DNA from: an uncultured virus (IMG/VR IMGVR_UViG_3300031787_008607) | Lineage: Duplodnaviria; Heunggongvirae; Uroviricota; Caudoviricetes | IMG/VR virus record: IMGVR_UViG_3300031787_008607 | Location: 1-64,000 of that record | Direction: 5' to 3' (one strand) | Length of the DNA: 64,000 nucleotides | Shown here: positions 1-10,646 of the stretch, piece by piece | How positions within the stretch are numbered: position 1 is the first letter of the stretch | Layout: each line of letters starts with the position of its first letter | Notes under the pieces: model-generated | Told to the model about the DNA's origin: nothing | Seen by the model: the letters and a program-made list of their open reading frames with translations, nothing else | The model's database searches: none | Program-made: the position numbers and the translations under genes

Positions 1-171
1 GTGGGGTTTTTTATTAATATAATATTTATAAAGTATGAAAAAATATATTTGTAAATTAGTTCAAAAGATTACCTTTGGTAAGGTATGTCTTGGTTGGTGT
101 GAATTATAACCGACAATCTTAAACCTCACTCACAAGGTGGGGTTTTTTATTATCTTTATATTTATTGTTAT

Positions 172-879
172 ATGAAAAAGATTATAAGATTAACTGAATC
201 TGATTTGACAAGAATTGTTAAACGTATTATTCGTGAAAACGAGGAACAACAAATAACTGACGAGGTAACTAACATAATTCTTAATAACATATCAAAAGAA
301 GATTTGTTAACTCTTGGTAAAATATACAACTCTATTGGGGAAGATGAATTTAGAGACGTTGCTGAAGATGTTGTTGATAGTGTTATTGAAGGTGATACGG
401 TTAGTGAATCAATAGGTTTTTCTAGAAGGGGTATCACTGTTGATACCGAAGCTGAAAAAGATAAACTTGAGCTTACAAAAATAATCACACGATTTGCAAC
501 TACAGTATTGTCGTTAATGACAGGAGCGGTTACTATTAATACTTTGAATCCACAACACCAAGATATTGATAGTGCAATGGTTGCTGGTATCATTACAGCG
601 GCATTAGTAGGGACAAATTTATTAACAAGAATTCCACATAAGATTGGTACTAAACCACTACCTAAAAAATTAAAAGATTCAAGAATGGCTAAATTGGTTG
701 ACTCTGAATTGAAAAATTTTGATGACCCAAGAAACACATTAATTCAAGACGCAATTAAACATTTAATGGATAAACGAATTCCTGAAACAGTTGCAAGACA
801 ATTTATTGAGAACTGGGAAGAAACAAATAATATTAAATTTAAACGACCTCCTGAAAAAAGGGTTGTAAGAGTCAAATAA
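172..879 (+). CDS. Hypothetical protein with MKKIIRLTESDL leader and two hydrophobic segments
   Basis: ORF track; TATTTAT motif at 159-165 just upstream. Confidence 0.8.
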   Translation: MKKIIRLTESDLTRIVKRIIRENEEQQITDEVTNIILNNISKEDLLTLGKIYNSIGEDEFRDVAEDVVDSVIEGDTVSESIGFSRRGITVDTEAEKDKLELTKIITRFATTVLSLMTGAVTINTLNPQHQDIDSAMVAGIITAALVGTNLLTRIPHKIGTKPLPKKLKDSRMAKLVDSELKNFDDPRNTLIQDAIKHLMDKRIPETVARQFIENWEETNNIKFKRPPEKRVVRVK

Positions 880-892
880 CATTAGGTAGATT

Positions 893-1276
893 ATGAAAAA
901 AGTTATTAAACTTACAGAATCAGATTTAGTTAGAATTGTTAAAAGAGTTATCTCCGAACAAACAAAAGATGGGCCGGTAATCCCTAAAAACGCCAAACTT
1001 GAAATTGATAGTAGTGTTATCAACGATTTTAAAAAAATGGGTATTGAATTCAAAAAGAGTGAGACACCTGATACTTTTTTAAAAAAATTAAATAACAGTA
1101 ACATTGGTATAAATGCTTTTCATATTGAGTCGGATGGATATAAGTTTCCAATCCAACCTGTTTTCATTAAATTTCCTGTTAAAGATTTTAATGTGAGATT
1201 AAGTTTTGAACCTTTCAATAAAGAAAGAGGGGTTTATATGGTTAGGTTGGTTAAACCAATTCCTTATAAAAAATAA
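893..1276 (+). CDS. Hypothetical protein, LTESDL-leader family
   Basis: ORF; shared N-terminal motif. Confidence 0.8.
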   Translation: MKKVIKLTESDLVRIVKRVISEQTKDGPVIPKNAKLEIDSSVINDFKKMGIEFKKSETPDTFLKKLNNSNIGINAFHIESDGYKFPIQPVFIKFPVKDFNVRLSFEPFNKERGVYMVRLVKPIPYKK

Positions 1277-1311
1277 TTGACAATACCAAGTTAATATTCT
1301 ATACTTGGAAT

Positions 1312-1665
1312 ATGAAAAAATATCTTACACTTAAAAATTTGGGATGGTTGTTAACTGCAATCGTTACCTTTATGCTTGGAATGGGTGGATTGTCAAAAAT
1401 CGCCGGCTCAGAAGCAATGACAACAAACTTCACCGCAATGAACATGTTACCGTATATGGCACTTGTTGGTGTGATGGAAGTAGCTGGTGTTATTGCACTT
1501 TGTATCCCAAGAACATCAATCTATGGAGCGTTGGCTTTATCTTCTGTTATGTCAGGAGCAGTTGCCGTTCACATCGCAATGTTCGGAGGAGCTGGAATAT
1601 TTGTACCAATCTTCTTGGGAGCGGCAGCTTGGACTGCACACTGTTTGAGAACTTATACCAAGTAA
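1312..1665 (+). CDS. DoxX-like membrane protein
   Basis: Four hydrophobic helices, GLSK...GVMEV...AVAVH pattern. Confidence 0.7.
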   Translation: MKKYLTLKNLGWLLTAIVTFMLGMGGLSKIAGSEAMTTNFTAMNMLPYMALVGVMEVAGVIALCIPRTSIYGALALSSVMSGAVAVHIAMFGGAGIFVPIFLGAAAWTAHCLRTYTK

Positions 1666-1738
1666 TCTTAAAACAAAAATTATTAAACCCTGTCGTAAGT
1701 GATGGGGTTTTTTGTTTATATTTGTATTTATAAATTAT

Positions 1739-2293
1739 ATGACAAAGAAAGAACAAATATTGAGTAGTTTTTTAAGAACTAAAATGAACATCCCAAAGGA
1801 TGTCAAATATGAGTTTGTTGATTTTGATAATAGACGAGCATTGAAGGTTTATACTGATGTTGCCAAGACTGATAAAAACAGTGGACAATATGATGAAGAA
1901 TACACCAAGTTTTTTAGACCCTCAACAAAAAAAATAACTGGAATCCCAAGGTTTACATATGATTGGTCAAGAAAGTTTGAAGGTGTATTTAATGAGTTTT
2001 TTAATTCAACAGGATTACCAAAAGAATATTATAAAGTTTATGATGAGTTCATTAATTATGATTACTTATCAGATATTAATGATAAAATTGAAGACGCAAT
2101 TAAGAGAACTAACTACCCCAATACAGAATTTAGTTGGGATAGAGACAGCAATCCTGAATTAAAAATCTTATTTACTAATTTAACAAAGGAACAATTCGAC
2201 GATTGGGGGGATTTTAAAAATGAGTTACAAGATGAACTTAGAGGTTCCGTTGATTTAGATGAGTATAATCTTTCATTTAGACAACCAAGATAA
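1739..2293 (+). CDS. Hypothetical protein (start moved to ATG 1739)
   Basis: ORF; TATTTAT upstream of ATG 1739. Confidence 0.7.
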   Translation: MTKKEQILSSFLRTKMNIPKDVKYEFVDFDNRRALKVYTDVAKTDKNSGQYDEEYTKFFRPSTKKITGIPRFTYDWSRKFEGVFNEFFNSTGLPKEYYKVYDEFINYDYLSDINDKIEDAIKRTNYPNTEFSWDRDSNPELKILFTNLTKEQFDDWGDFKNELQDELRGSVDLDEYNLSFRQPR

Positions 2294-2328
2294 TTTGATT
2301 ATCTAAAAGTTTCACCTTATATTTGTTA

Positions 2329-2667
2329 ATGAAATTGATTTTAGGAATGTTAGTGGGGTTACTCGCTCAGGTACTAACCTTCTTACAACTACAAGGAAGA
2401 TGGAAGTATGATTGGATGAAAAACAACCAATGGTTGGTCGTACTAATGGGTATTCCGATATCAATTTTATTTATGACATCAGTTGGTTTGATGGTTGAAC
2501 ACTTCAACGGACAGTTGTGGCCATCAAGATTGATAGGATTTGTGTTGGGAACAATTATGTTTACAATCTTATCTATCACATTGTTTGGTGAACCTATAAC
2601 ACTTAAAACAGGAGTGTGTTTAGGTTTGAGTTTTTTGATACTGATGGTTCAGTTGTTTTGGAAGTGA
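2329..2667 (+). CDS. Small 4-TM membrane protein (SMR/EamA-like)
   Basis: Four TM helices, LFGEPIT motif; TATATTTG at 2318-2325. Confidence 0.6.
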   Translation: MKLILGMLVGLLAQVLTFLQLQGRWKYDWMKNNQWLVVLMGIPISILFMTSVGLMVEHFNGQLWPSRLIGFVLGTIMFTILSITLFGEPITLKTGVCLGLSFLILMVQLFWK

Positions 2668-2741
2668 GCACCCTTATCTCAGTTGGTTAGAGAAGCTCGC
2701 TCATAACGAGAAGGTCGCAGGTTCGAGACCTGCAGGGTGCA
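2668..2741 (+). tRNA. tRNA with CAT anticodon (Met, or lysidine-modified Ile2)
   Basis: Acceptor GCACCCT/AGGGTGC, anticodon arm CTCG-CTCATAA-CGAG, T-loop GTTCGAGA. Confidence 0.92.
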
Positions 2742-2797
2742 CAAAAACGTTCTTTATTTATTGGCTGAGTGATGAAACAGGTATACATGCGAGACTT

Positions 2798-3488
2798 GGA
2801 GATATATTCTAGTTTATTAGATATTTATAAGTATGAATATAAAATATACAAAAGAATTATTAGAAGAGGTAGTTAAAAAATGTGGCTCTTTTAGACAAGT
2901 ATTATTTCAATTAGGGTTGAAAGAAGCGGGTGGGAATTATAAAAATATCCAAACGAGAATAAAACAATTTGAAATTGATACATCACATTTTCACGGACAA
3001 ATATGGGGTAAAGGTAAAACTTGGAGTAAAGTAAAAGATTTATCTGAAATACTTGTTGAAAATTCAACTTATAGTAGTGGACTTCCAAGAAGTTCATATA
3101 AAATAAAAAATCAATTATTTAAATTGAACTATAAAGATAAAGTTTGTGAAATATGTGATAATACAGAATGGATGGGAAACCCAATTCCATTAGAATTACA
3201 CCACATCAATGGTAATAAGTTTGACAACAGGATAGAAAATCTACAAATTTTGTGTCCAAACTGTCACTCGTTTACTGATAACTACCGAGCTAAAAATATG
3301 AGTGCTAGAGGGGAAACTCTTTAAGTAGAACTCCGTAAATTCGGTGAACCCTGTAAAATGGGAATACCGAGCCAAGCCCGAAAGGGAAGGTGTAGAGACT
3401 AGACACGGAGAACCTAAATCAGAAATGATATGGTTAAGGTATAGTCCAGACTACAAACCGAGAGGGTAGTGAAAACTATAGTAGTAAG
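2798..3488 (+). mobile_element. Group I intron in the tRNA-Leu anticodon, carrying an HNH ORF
   Basis: Follows U, ends in G; core-like elements AAATTCGGTGAA (P), AATACCGAGC (Q), GTAGAGACTAGA (R), AAGGTATAGTCC (S) in 3338-3450. Confidence 0.88.
2833..3324 (+). CDS. Intron-encoded HNH homing endonuclease
   Basis: CEIC...LELHHINGNKFDNRIENLQILCPNCHS. Confidence 0.9.
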   Translation: MNIKYTKELLEEVVKKCGSFRQVLFQLGLKEAGGNYKNIQTRIKQFEIDTSHFHGQIWGKGKTWSKVKDLSEILVENSTYSSGLPRSSYKIKNQLFKLNYKDKVCEICDNTEWMGNPIPLELHHINGNKFDNRIENLQILCPNCHSFTDNYRAKNMSARGETL

Positions 3489-3545
3489 AAAATCTCGTGG
3501 ACATTGCGTCCGTGCGGGTTCGAGCCCCGCCTCAGCTACTAAAAA

Positions 3546-3574
3546 GACCCTCTAATTTATTTAGGGGGTTTTTT
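3546..3574 (+). terminator. Intrinsic terminator after tRNA-Leu
   Basis: GACCCTCTAA/TTAGGGGGTT hairpin plus T-run. Confidence 0.7.
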
Positions 3575-3710
3575 GGTTTTATTAATATTTATCATTATAT
3601 TCGTATTATGAAAAATCCATTTGAAGGTTTTACAGAGGAACAGATTAAGAAACTGATGTTTTCTACTGACTTATCTTTATACGAAAGGAATAAAGAATTA
3701 TTTGAGAAAA

Positions 3711-4805
3711 ATGTCCGTATCAAACAAACTGAAAATAAGAAACCTAATCCGTGAGGCGGTAGGTGTTCCATCTGATATTGAAATGATGACTTCGGTGTTC
3801 ACTGAGGTTGTTAAAAAATTGCTCTATTCTTTTAAGTCTGCCAACGAACCTTTAGACGAGGTTGAGATTGATGTTAAAAACATTGGTGAAAGTGTTATGC
3901 GTTCTGGTGTGATAACTATTGGTGGGGAGAAGTCTTGGAATATGGTTAAGCAATCACAAAGCTTTGATGAAAAGGAGTGGAAAAATTTTCCTATGTATAA
4001 AAATCCCATTGGTATTAGGTTTGAAATATTTGAAGAGGGTGTTTTACAGGCGGTTTATAAAAGTAATCTTAATATTGATGCGTCACATAGTTTTGAAGCT
4101 AAAGATTTCAAGAGTGGTGATGTCTTTGATGTTAGTTCGTTAGACTTCCATATTAGAATGGATGAAGAAACGTGGGATAATTTAGAATTATTATCACCCA
4201 AGTTGGATTCGGTAATATCACATGAGTTATTACATGCTTATCAGTTGTATAAGAGATTTATTAATAAAGGTCAGATAGGATTTGGTAAGGGACAAGCGAC
4301 TAATGTTTTGGTTAATGTTATCAACAATCAGTTTTTACCTGAGTGGAATAATTTTTTACATTTAATTTATGTAAGTTTAAAGTTTGAGCAAGATGCTCGT
4401 ATCCCACAGGTTTCACATATCTTAAGACGGACTAAGATAGATAGTTATGAAGATTTTATTGACGCTTTAAAGGATACACAGATTTTTGGTGAGATTGAGT
4501 CATTAAGAAATTTCTCAGCGGAAGAATTACTTAACTCGTTTGGTAAGATTAATAGTATACACGACATGATATTCAAAGTCCCTTCGCTTGAGAAGGCTTA
4601 TGAATGGATTTTTGAATGGAATGATATTTTACAAAAGATTGCAGACCATTTAATTACAACCGGTGTTAGTCCTTCAAAGATTGATGCCGTACCATTAGCC
4701 GTTAGAAAAGACCCAAAGAAGTTTTTTGAATACTTTGAAAGAAAGTTTAAATTCACTGCTAATAATATGTTAAAAAGGGTTTCAAAACTTTATTCTTTAA
4801 GATGA
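3711..4805 (+). CDS. Hypothetical protein with HExxH motif (possible zinc metalloprotease)
   Basis: ISHELLHAYQ; leader-like IRNLIRE N-terminus. Confidence 0.6.
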   Translation: MSVSNKLKIRNLIREAVGVPSDIEMMTSVFTEVVKKLLYSFKSANEPLDEVEIDVKNIGESVMRSGVITIGGEKSWNMVKQSQSFDEKEWKNFPMYKNPIGIRFEIFEEGVLQAVYKSNLNIDASHSFEAKDFKSGDVFDVSSLDFHIRMDEETWDNLELLSPKLDSVISHELLHAYQLYKRFINKGQIGFGKGQATNVLVNVINNQFLPEWNNFLHLIYVSLKFEQDARIPQVSHILRRTKIDSYEDFIDALKDTQIFGEIESLRNFSAEELLNSFGKINSIHDMIFKVPSLEKAYEWIFEWNDILQKIADHLITTGVSPSKIDAVPLAVRKDPKKFFEYFERKFKFTANNMLKRVSKLYSLR

Positions 4806-5188
4806 AATACCAATTAAGTGCTCATCAATATCAGAAACTTCAGAACATGATTTATAATGTAATTGAGGATATTATGCCTGAGTATGTTAATGTTGGATTT
4901 ATTGATGGTTTTGATGACTATAACGATTTGGCGGATGTTCCTGATGTAAATCAAATTGATTCGGTATCGTTTTATGATGCGGAAAGTTACGAGATGCTTT
5001 TTAAGATACGTATAAGAAATCCTTATATGGGTGGAGATGTTCCTATAATAGTTGTTGAGTATTTTATTCAAGAAAAACTTGATGGTTTATTTGGTGAGGG
5101 TAGATGGCATGAACAGTTAATTAAATGGATTGAATATAATCATCCTGAAGTTACTACTTTATATGACAAAATTAAATCTGTAGTATAA
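4802..5188 (+). CDS. Hypothetical protein, distant MKY-leader family
   Basis: ORF coupled to upstream gene. Confidence 0.7.
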   Translation: MKYQLSAHQYQKLQNMIYNVIEDIMPEYVNVGFIDGFDDYNDLADVPDVNQIDSVSFYDAESYEMLFKIRIRNPYMGGDVPIIVVEYFIQEKLDGLFGEGRWHEQLIKWIEYNHPEVTTLYDKIKSVV

Positions 5189-5199
5189 TACTTATTAGT

Positions 5200-6384
5200 A
5201 TGGCAGAGATATACAACAGTATTAATCCAAACAAAATCAAAATAGATTATACCTCAAACGGTAATTCTAATAATCTTCATTATGATTCCAATTTTTTAAA
5301 TATTAATACTTGGTATTTTGGTATAGATGTTAATCGGAATTATGGAACATCATCAAAATCAGGGTGGTATCAAGGGATTGATAATCTTACAATAGATGAT
5401 GCTACCTATACAATATATTATACGGGTACAACAACAGGTAAAACTAATAATCTTAATGATTATTATAGATGTGTTCAATATACTGACACACAAGACGTTA
5501 TTAATTTTGTTAATTCACAGGCGGGTTTTAGTGTTGCAGATTTTGCAGAAGCTTTAAATTGGTTTAAACATGATGCTTCTGCTGGAAACGGAACATCAGG
5601 TAGAGGTGGAGGAGGTTCAAATGTTTGTGTTAATATGAATTATCCAAACATACCAACGAGTGGGTTAACATTTGCTTTGGATGCGGGGCATGCCGCCTCA
5701 TATCCATTTATGAATCCAACTTGGTATGATTTTACCCAATCAGCTATGAGTGGTTTTTCAGGAAGTTCAAGAATTATTAGTCATTTTGATGAGACTAGTT
5801 TCTTTTTTGATTTTATTGATAATGGGGCTATTGAACCTTTAGAGGTTTTTACTAATACGACTTATAATAGAAATCTTGGGAGTGGTTTTACTATAATATT
5901 TTGGGCGAAACCGACATACAATGCTGATGGAGCATCGCAGTATGTTTTTTCTTGTGCTCCAACTATAGGAACTCCTATAAATCAAAGTGTTGGTTTTTAC
6001 AATGAAAAGGGTAATATTAGATTTTATTACGCTATTACAGATTCTGCCGGAGTGTCTAAAACAAGAATTGGAACTGCAAATATTGATACTATAAGCTGGC
6101 ATCAATTTACATATGTTTTTGAACCTAATGGTGGAGGAACTACTACAACTAGTTTTTATCTTGATGGTACATTATCTGAAACTAATACAGAAACCTTTAC
6201 CGCAGCTTCTTGGTCGCCATCATCACCTAATTGGAAAATAGGTCAAAGTACCCCAGGAAATACTGCAGGTAAGACTTATTACGGTGGTCTACAAGTTTTA
6301 TTGGTGTATAACAGAGTATTAAGTGCCACTGAAATTGCTGACATATACCAAAACTATTTTGACACAAGGGCTTTATTTGCGTGA
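5200..6384 (+). CDS. LamG/concanavalin A-like domain protein (possible virion or adsorption protein)
   Basis: LDAG..SYP, FTIIFWAK, WHQFTY, FYLDG, VYNRVLSATEI motifs. Confidence 0.8.
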   Translation: MAEIYNSINPNKIKIDYTSNGNSNNLHYDSNFLNINTWYFGIDVNRNYGTSSKSGWYQGIDNLTIDDATYTIYYTGTTTGKTNNLNDYYRCVQYTDTQDVINFVNSQAGFSVADFAEALNWFKHDASAGNGTSGRGGGGSNVCVNMNYPNIPTSGLTFALDAGHAASYPFMNPTWYDFTQSAMSGFSGSSRIISHFDETSFFFDFIDNGAIEPLEVFTNTTYNRNLGSGFTIIFWAKPTYNADGASQYVFSCAPTIGTPINQSVGFYNEKGNIRFYYAITDSAGVSKTRIGTANIDTISWHQFTYVFEPNGGGTTTTSFYLDGTLSETNTETFTAASWSPSSPNWKIGQSTPGNTAGKTYYGGLQVLLVYNRVLSATEIADIYQNYFDTRALFA

Positions 6385-6486
6385 CAATTTGTCATACTTT
6401 TTTCTTTGGCACATTGTTTAATAATGTGGGTCGGATTTGACTCCATAAAATAAAATTTATATTATTAAACAAAAATTAATTAAGCT

Positions 6487-8358
6487 ATGGGAAAAATAAT
6501 AGGTATTGACCTTGGAACAACTAACTCATGTGTTGCCGTAATGGAAGGTAACGAACCAGTTGTAATTACAAACAGTGAAGGAAAAAGAACCACCCCTTCA
6601 ATTGTGGGTTTCTTAAATGGTGGTGAAAGAAAGGTTGGTGACCCAGCTAAACGTCAGGCGGTTACTAATCCTGATAAGACAATCTCATCTATCAAACGTT
6701 TCATGGGAACAAGTTTTGATGAAAGTAAGGGTGAGGTTAAACGTGTTCCTTATAAAGTAGTTAAAGGTGATGGTGGAACTCCTCGTGTTGAGATTGAGGA
6801 TAGAAAGTATTCACCGCAAGAAATTTCAGCAATGGTTCTTCAAAAGATGAAACAAACTGCTGAGGATTATTTGGGAAGTGAAGTAACTGAAGCGGTTATC
6901 ACCGTACCAGCATACTTCAACGACGCTCAACGTCAAGCTACGAAAGAAGCTGGTGAGATTGCGGGATTAAAGGTAATGAGAATTGTTAACGAACCAACTG
7001 CTGCGGCACTTGCTTACGGATTGGATAAACAATCAAAAGATATGAAGATTGTTGTGTTTGACTGTGGTGGTGGAACACATGACGTATCGGTATTGGAACT
7101 TGGTGATGGTGTATTTGAAGTATTGTCTACTGATGGTGACACACACCTTGGTGGTGATGACTTTGACCAAGCAATCATTGACTGGTTGGTTACCGAGTTC
7201 AAAGATGAAAACGGAATTGACTTGACAAAAGATGCTATGGCTCTTCAACGTCTTCGTGAAGCGGCTGAAAAGGCGAAGATTGAATTATCTTCTTCACCAT
7301 CTACCGAGATTAACTTACCGTATATTATGCCTGTTGATGGTATACCAAAACACTTGGTAAGAAACTTATCTAAGGCAAAGTTTGAACAACTTGTTGATAG
7401 TTTGGTTGAAAGAACTATTGCTCCTTGTAAGTCGGCATTGAAGAACGCAGGTCTTAAAACATCTGATATTGATGAAATCATTTTGGTTGGAGGTACAACA
7501 CGTATTCCGGCAATTCAGGAAGCGGTTAAGAAGTTCTTCGGTAAGGAACCATCAAAGGGTGTTAACCCTGATGAGGTTGTTGCTCTTGGAGCGGCAATTC
7601 AGGCAGGTGTATTGGCGGGTGATGTGAAAGATGTATTGTTATTAGATGTAACACCACTATCACTTGGTATTGAAACTATGGGTGGGGTATTCACAAAGTT
7701 GATTGAAGCCAACACAACAATCCCGACTAAGAAGTCACAGGTATTCTCAACCGCAGTTGATAACCAACCTACCGTTGAAATCCATGTATTACAAGGTGAG
7801 AGAGCAATGGCGAAAGACAACCGAACCATTGGACGTTTCCACTTGGATGGTATCCCACCAGCAATGAGAGGTATTCCACAGGTTGAGGTAACATTTGATA
7901 TTGATGCTAACGGTATCATCAATGTATCGGCTCTTGATAAAGGAACTAACAAACAACAAAATATCCGTATTGAATCATCATCAGGACTTTCGAAAGAAGA
8001 GATTGAAAAGATGAGACAAGAGGCGGAGATGAACGCTGAATCAGATAAGAAAGTAAAAGAAGATGCTGAGGTTATCAACCAAGCTGACTCAACAATCTTC
8101 CAAGTGGAAAAGTCTTTAAAAGATATTGAAGACAAAATCACGGAAGAACAAAAGTCAGAGGTAACTACCGCTCTTGAAGAATTGAAATCCGCTCATTCAT
8201 CAAAGGACATTGAGAAAATTAAAGAAGGAATTGAGAACATTAATAATGTATTTCAAGGTATTACGGCAAATCTTTATAGTCAAGCGTCTGAAATGAATGA
8301 AACTATGACTGATGATTCTGAAGTATCTGATGTAGATTTTGAAGAAGTTGGTAAGTAG
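6487..8358 (+). CDS. dnaK: Hsp70 chaperone DnaK
   Basis: [17 protein letters not shown], full-length 623 aa. Confidence 0.98.
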   Translation: MGKIIGIDLGTTNSCVAVMEGNEPVVITNSEGKRTTPSIVGFLNGGERKVGDPAKRQAVTNPDKTISSIKRFMGTSFDESKGEVKRVPYKVVKGDGGTPRVEIEDRKYSPQEISAMVLQKMKQTAEDYLGSEVTEAVITVPAYFNDAQRQATKEAGEIAGLKVMRIVNEPTAAALAYGLDKQSKDMKIVVFDCGGGTHDVSVLELGDGVFEVLSTDGDTHLGGDDFDQAIIDWLVTEFKDENGIDLTKDAMALQRLREAAEKAKIELSSSPSTEINLPYIMPVDGIPKHLVRNLSKAKFEQLVDSLVERTIAPCKSALKNAGLKTSDIDEIILVGGTTRIPAIQEAVKKFFGKEPSKGVNPDEVVALGAAIQAGVLAGDVKDVLLLDVTPLSLGIETMGGVFTKLIEANTTIPTKKSQVFSTAVDNQPTVEIHVLQGERAMAKDNRTIGRFHLDGIPPAMRGIPQVEVTFDIDANGIINVSALDKGTNKQQNIRIESSSGLSKEEIEKMRQEAEMNAESDKKVKEDAEVINQADSTIFQVEKSLKDIEDKITEEQKSEVTTALEELKSAHSSKDIEKIKEGIENINNVFQGITANLYSQASEMNETMTDDSEVSDVDFEEVGK

Positions 8359-8377
8359 TTCACAACCAACTAATGTT

Positions 8378-8407
8378 AAAACCCCTCAAATTTGAGGGGT
8401 TTTTTTA
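8378..8407 (+). terminator. Intrinsic terminator after dnaK
   Basis: ACCCCTCAAA/TTTGAGGGGT plus T-run. Confidence 0.8.
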
Positions 8408-8430
8408 TTTAATAAAAGTATTTATGAAAT

Positions 8431-10017
8431 ATGACGAAAAATACAAAAATCTATTTACTTTTTGCAATAACCATTATGTCTTTATTCTTTTTTGTTAAAA
8501 CTTCAGTTTTACTTGAGATAACAGACTCGACAAGATTTACAAGAGGTTTGGAATATACTTGTTTCCTATTATTTATTCCTCTTTTTATTTTAATAGTTCG
8601 TGGTATTACTAGTGTTCAGGCTAAAAAACTTGATGAAATGAATAAGTTCATTGATAAGGCGGCTATTATATCGGTTACCGATAGAAAGGGTAGAATAACT
8701 TATGTGAATGAAAAGTTTGAAAAAGTTTCAGGATGGAAACTTAACGAGGTTATTGGTAAAGACCACTCAATAGTTAATTCGGGAACACAACCTGATGGAT
8801 ATTGGGGTAAGATGTATGAAACGGTATTAAAAGGTGAGATATGGAATGACATTGTTTGTAATAAAGCTAAAGATGGTAGTTTATATTATGTTGATACATA
8901 TATAAAGGCAAGATTTGGGACTGATGGTAGATTAGATGGTTTCACCTCTATCAGACAAGATATTACTGATTTAAAGACAAAAGAATTGGATATTAGAAAC
9001 AGAATGAATGCTATTAATCAATCTAATGCGGTGATTGAGTTTGATTTATCAGGGAATATAATTTACGCTAACCAAAACTTTTGTAATGTTATGGGTTATA
9101 CTCTAAAAGAATTAAAGGGAAATCACCACCGTATATTCTGTACGGAAGAATATTCAAAATCAGATGAGTATAAAGAATTTTGGTCTAAGTTAAAAAATGG
9201 AGACTTTGTATCTGCACAATTCAATAGAATTAAAAAAAATGGTGAAGAAATTTGGTTACAGGCAACATATAATCCAATTTTTGACAATAATGGCCAGTCA
9301 GTTAGAGTTATGAAAATTGCGGTAGATATTACCGACAAAGTTTTACAATCAAAAGAGATTGAAAGAAAAAACACTTACTTGGAACATGCTGCTAAGATAC
9401 TAAGACACGACATGCATTCAGGTATTAACACTTACATACCGAGAGGTATTAATTCATTAGAAAGAAGATTAACTCAAGAAGATATCACTAATCTTAAAAT
9501 TGAAGCTCCACTTAAAATGATTAAGGAAGGACTTAAACATTCACAGAAAGTTTACAAAGGTGTTTATGAGTTTACCAATCTTGTTAAGAAAGATGTGGTA
9601 TTAAATAAAGAAGAATGTAACATTAAGGTAATCCTTTCAGATTACTTATCATCAACAGCTTATGTTAGTCAGGTAGTATTAGAAGATAATCTACCTACAA
9701 TTGAAGTTAACGAACCGTTGTTCTGTACTGCGGTAGATAACCTGATTAGAAATGGTTTAAAGTATAACGATTCACCAACAAAGTTTGTTAAGGTATATTC
9801 CGAAGGGGACACCATTTATATTCAAGATAATGGTAGAGGTATTACTCAAGAAGATTTTAATTATTTATCAAAACCTTATACAAGAAAAGAGGGACAGAAA
9901 GAATCAGGAACTGGTTTGGGTCTTAATATCTGTGTTGCTATTTTAGAGGAACATGGGTTTGAGATTACTTGTGAGAAGAATGAAATAGGAACTAAAATGA
10001 AAATTAAATTTAAATGA
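8431..10017 (+). CDS. Membrane PAS-PAS sensor histidine kinase
   Basis: 2 TM, two PAS/PAC domains, H-box LRHDMHS, N-box NLIRNGLKY, DNGRG, GTGLGL. Confidence 0.92.
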   Translation: MTKNTKIYLLFAITIMSLFFFVKTSVLLEITDSTRFTRGLEYTCFLLFIPLFILIVRGITSVQAKKLDEMNKFIDKAAIISVTDRKGRITYVNEKFEKVSGWKLNEVIGKDHSIVNSGTQPDGYWGKMYETVLKGEIWNDIVCNKAKDGSLYYVDTYIKARFGTDGRLDGFTSIRQDITDLKTKELDIRNRMNAINQSNAVIEFDLSGNIIYANQNFCNVMGYTLKELKGNHHRIFCTEEYSKSDEYKEFWSKLKNGDFVSAQFNRIKKNGEEIWLQATYNPIFDNNGQSVRVMKIAVDITDKVLQSKEIERKNTYLEHAAKILRHDMHSGINTYIPRGINSLERRLTQEDITNLKIEAPLKMIKEGLKHSQKVYKGVYEFTNLVKKDVVLNKEECNIKVILSDYLSSTAYVSQVVLEDNLPTIEVNEPLFCTAVDNLIRNGLKYNDSPTKFVKVYSEGDTIYIQDNGRGITQEDFNYLSKPYTRKEGQKESGTGLGLNICVAILEEHGFEITCEKNEIGTKMKIKFK

Positions 10018-10646
10018 AAACACTAATAACCTTAATCTTTTTAATGATTTCTTTTGTTGGTATGGGACAATTAAAATACCCAATTCAAACAATCTATAAG
10101 GGTGACTCTGTTGTTATTTTAACTATTAAACAATCTTTAGATATTAATAAGGCAATTGACACACAAAGAAAAATTATAAGAGAACAGAGTAAGAAAATAG
10201 TAAAACTGAATAAAACAATTGATAGTTTAAGTAGAATAAATGACCGAGTTAATATCGTTATTGATAGTATACAATATATCGCTGATACAACATATAAGTG
10301 GGCGGATGAATTTAATATGGTCATTAGAGAAAGAGCAATAGGGCCATGTTTACTTTATACTATACCTCCTTATAAGAGTGTATTCTTTTTAGACTTAAGT
10401 CGTTATAGAATGTATAGTACAGGATATGGTGAAAAAATTGAGTTAGAATTAATGTCGGATAAACAATATGCCGAGTTTAGAAGATTACAAGATTTATATT
10501 TTGACAGATACTATCCTACTTTAGATTATTATAAAGAGATTGGGTTTAAAGATTTTAACACTGAGATTGAATTATACGAGAAAGCGATTTGGAAGAATAA
10601 AAACATAATGAGGTTAATGATAAAACAAGAAGAAAAGAAAAAATGA
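10014..10646 (+). CDS. Secreted coiled-coil hypothetical protein
   Basis: Signal-peptide-like N-terminus; translationally coupled in the operon. Confidence 0.75.
   Translation: MKTLITLIFLMISFVGMGQLKYPIQTIYKGDSVVILTIKQSLDINKAIDTQRKIIREQSKKIVKLNKTIDSLSRINDRVNIVIDSIQYIADTTYKWADEFNMVIRERAIGPCLLYTIPPYKSVFFLDLSRYRMYSTGYGEKIELELMSDKQYAEFRRLQDLYFDRYYPTLDYYKEIGFKDFNTEIELYEKAIWKNKNIMRLMIKQEEKKK

Larger units (their letters stand above)
2763..3538 (+). tRNA. trnL: tRNA-Leu(UAA), intron-split: exon 1 2763-2797, exon 2 3489-3538
   Basis: Joined exons give acceptor GGCTGAG/CTCAGCT, anticodon arm CGAGA-CTTAAAA-TCTCG, long variable arm, GGTTCGAGCC T-arm. Confidence 0.9.

Noticed and set aside
3497..3607. 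5' part of ORF 3497-3754
   Set aside because: Overlaps tRNA-Leu exon 2 and its terminator; at most a short ORF from ATG 3608 is real.
168..8141. Long antisense ORFs (168-737, 763-1104, 7599-8141 etc.)
   Set aside because: Shadows of well-supported plus-strand genes.
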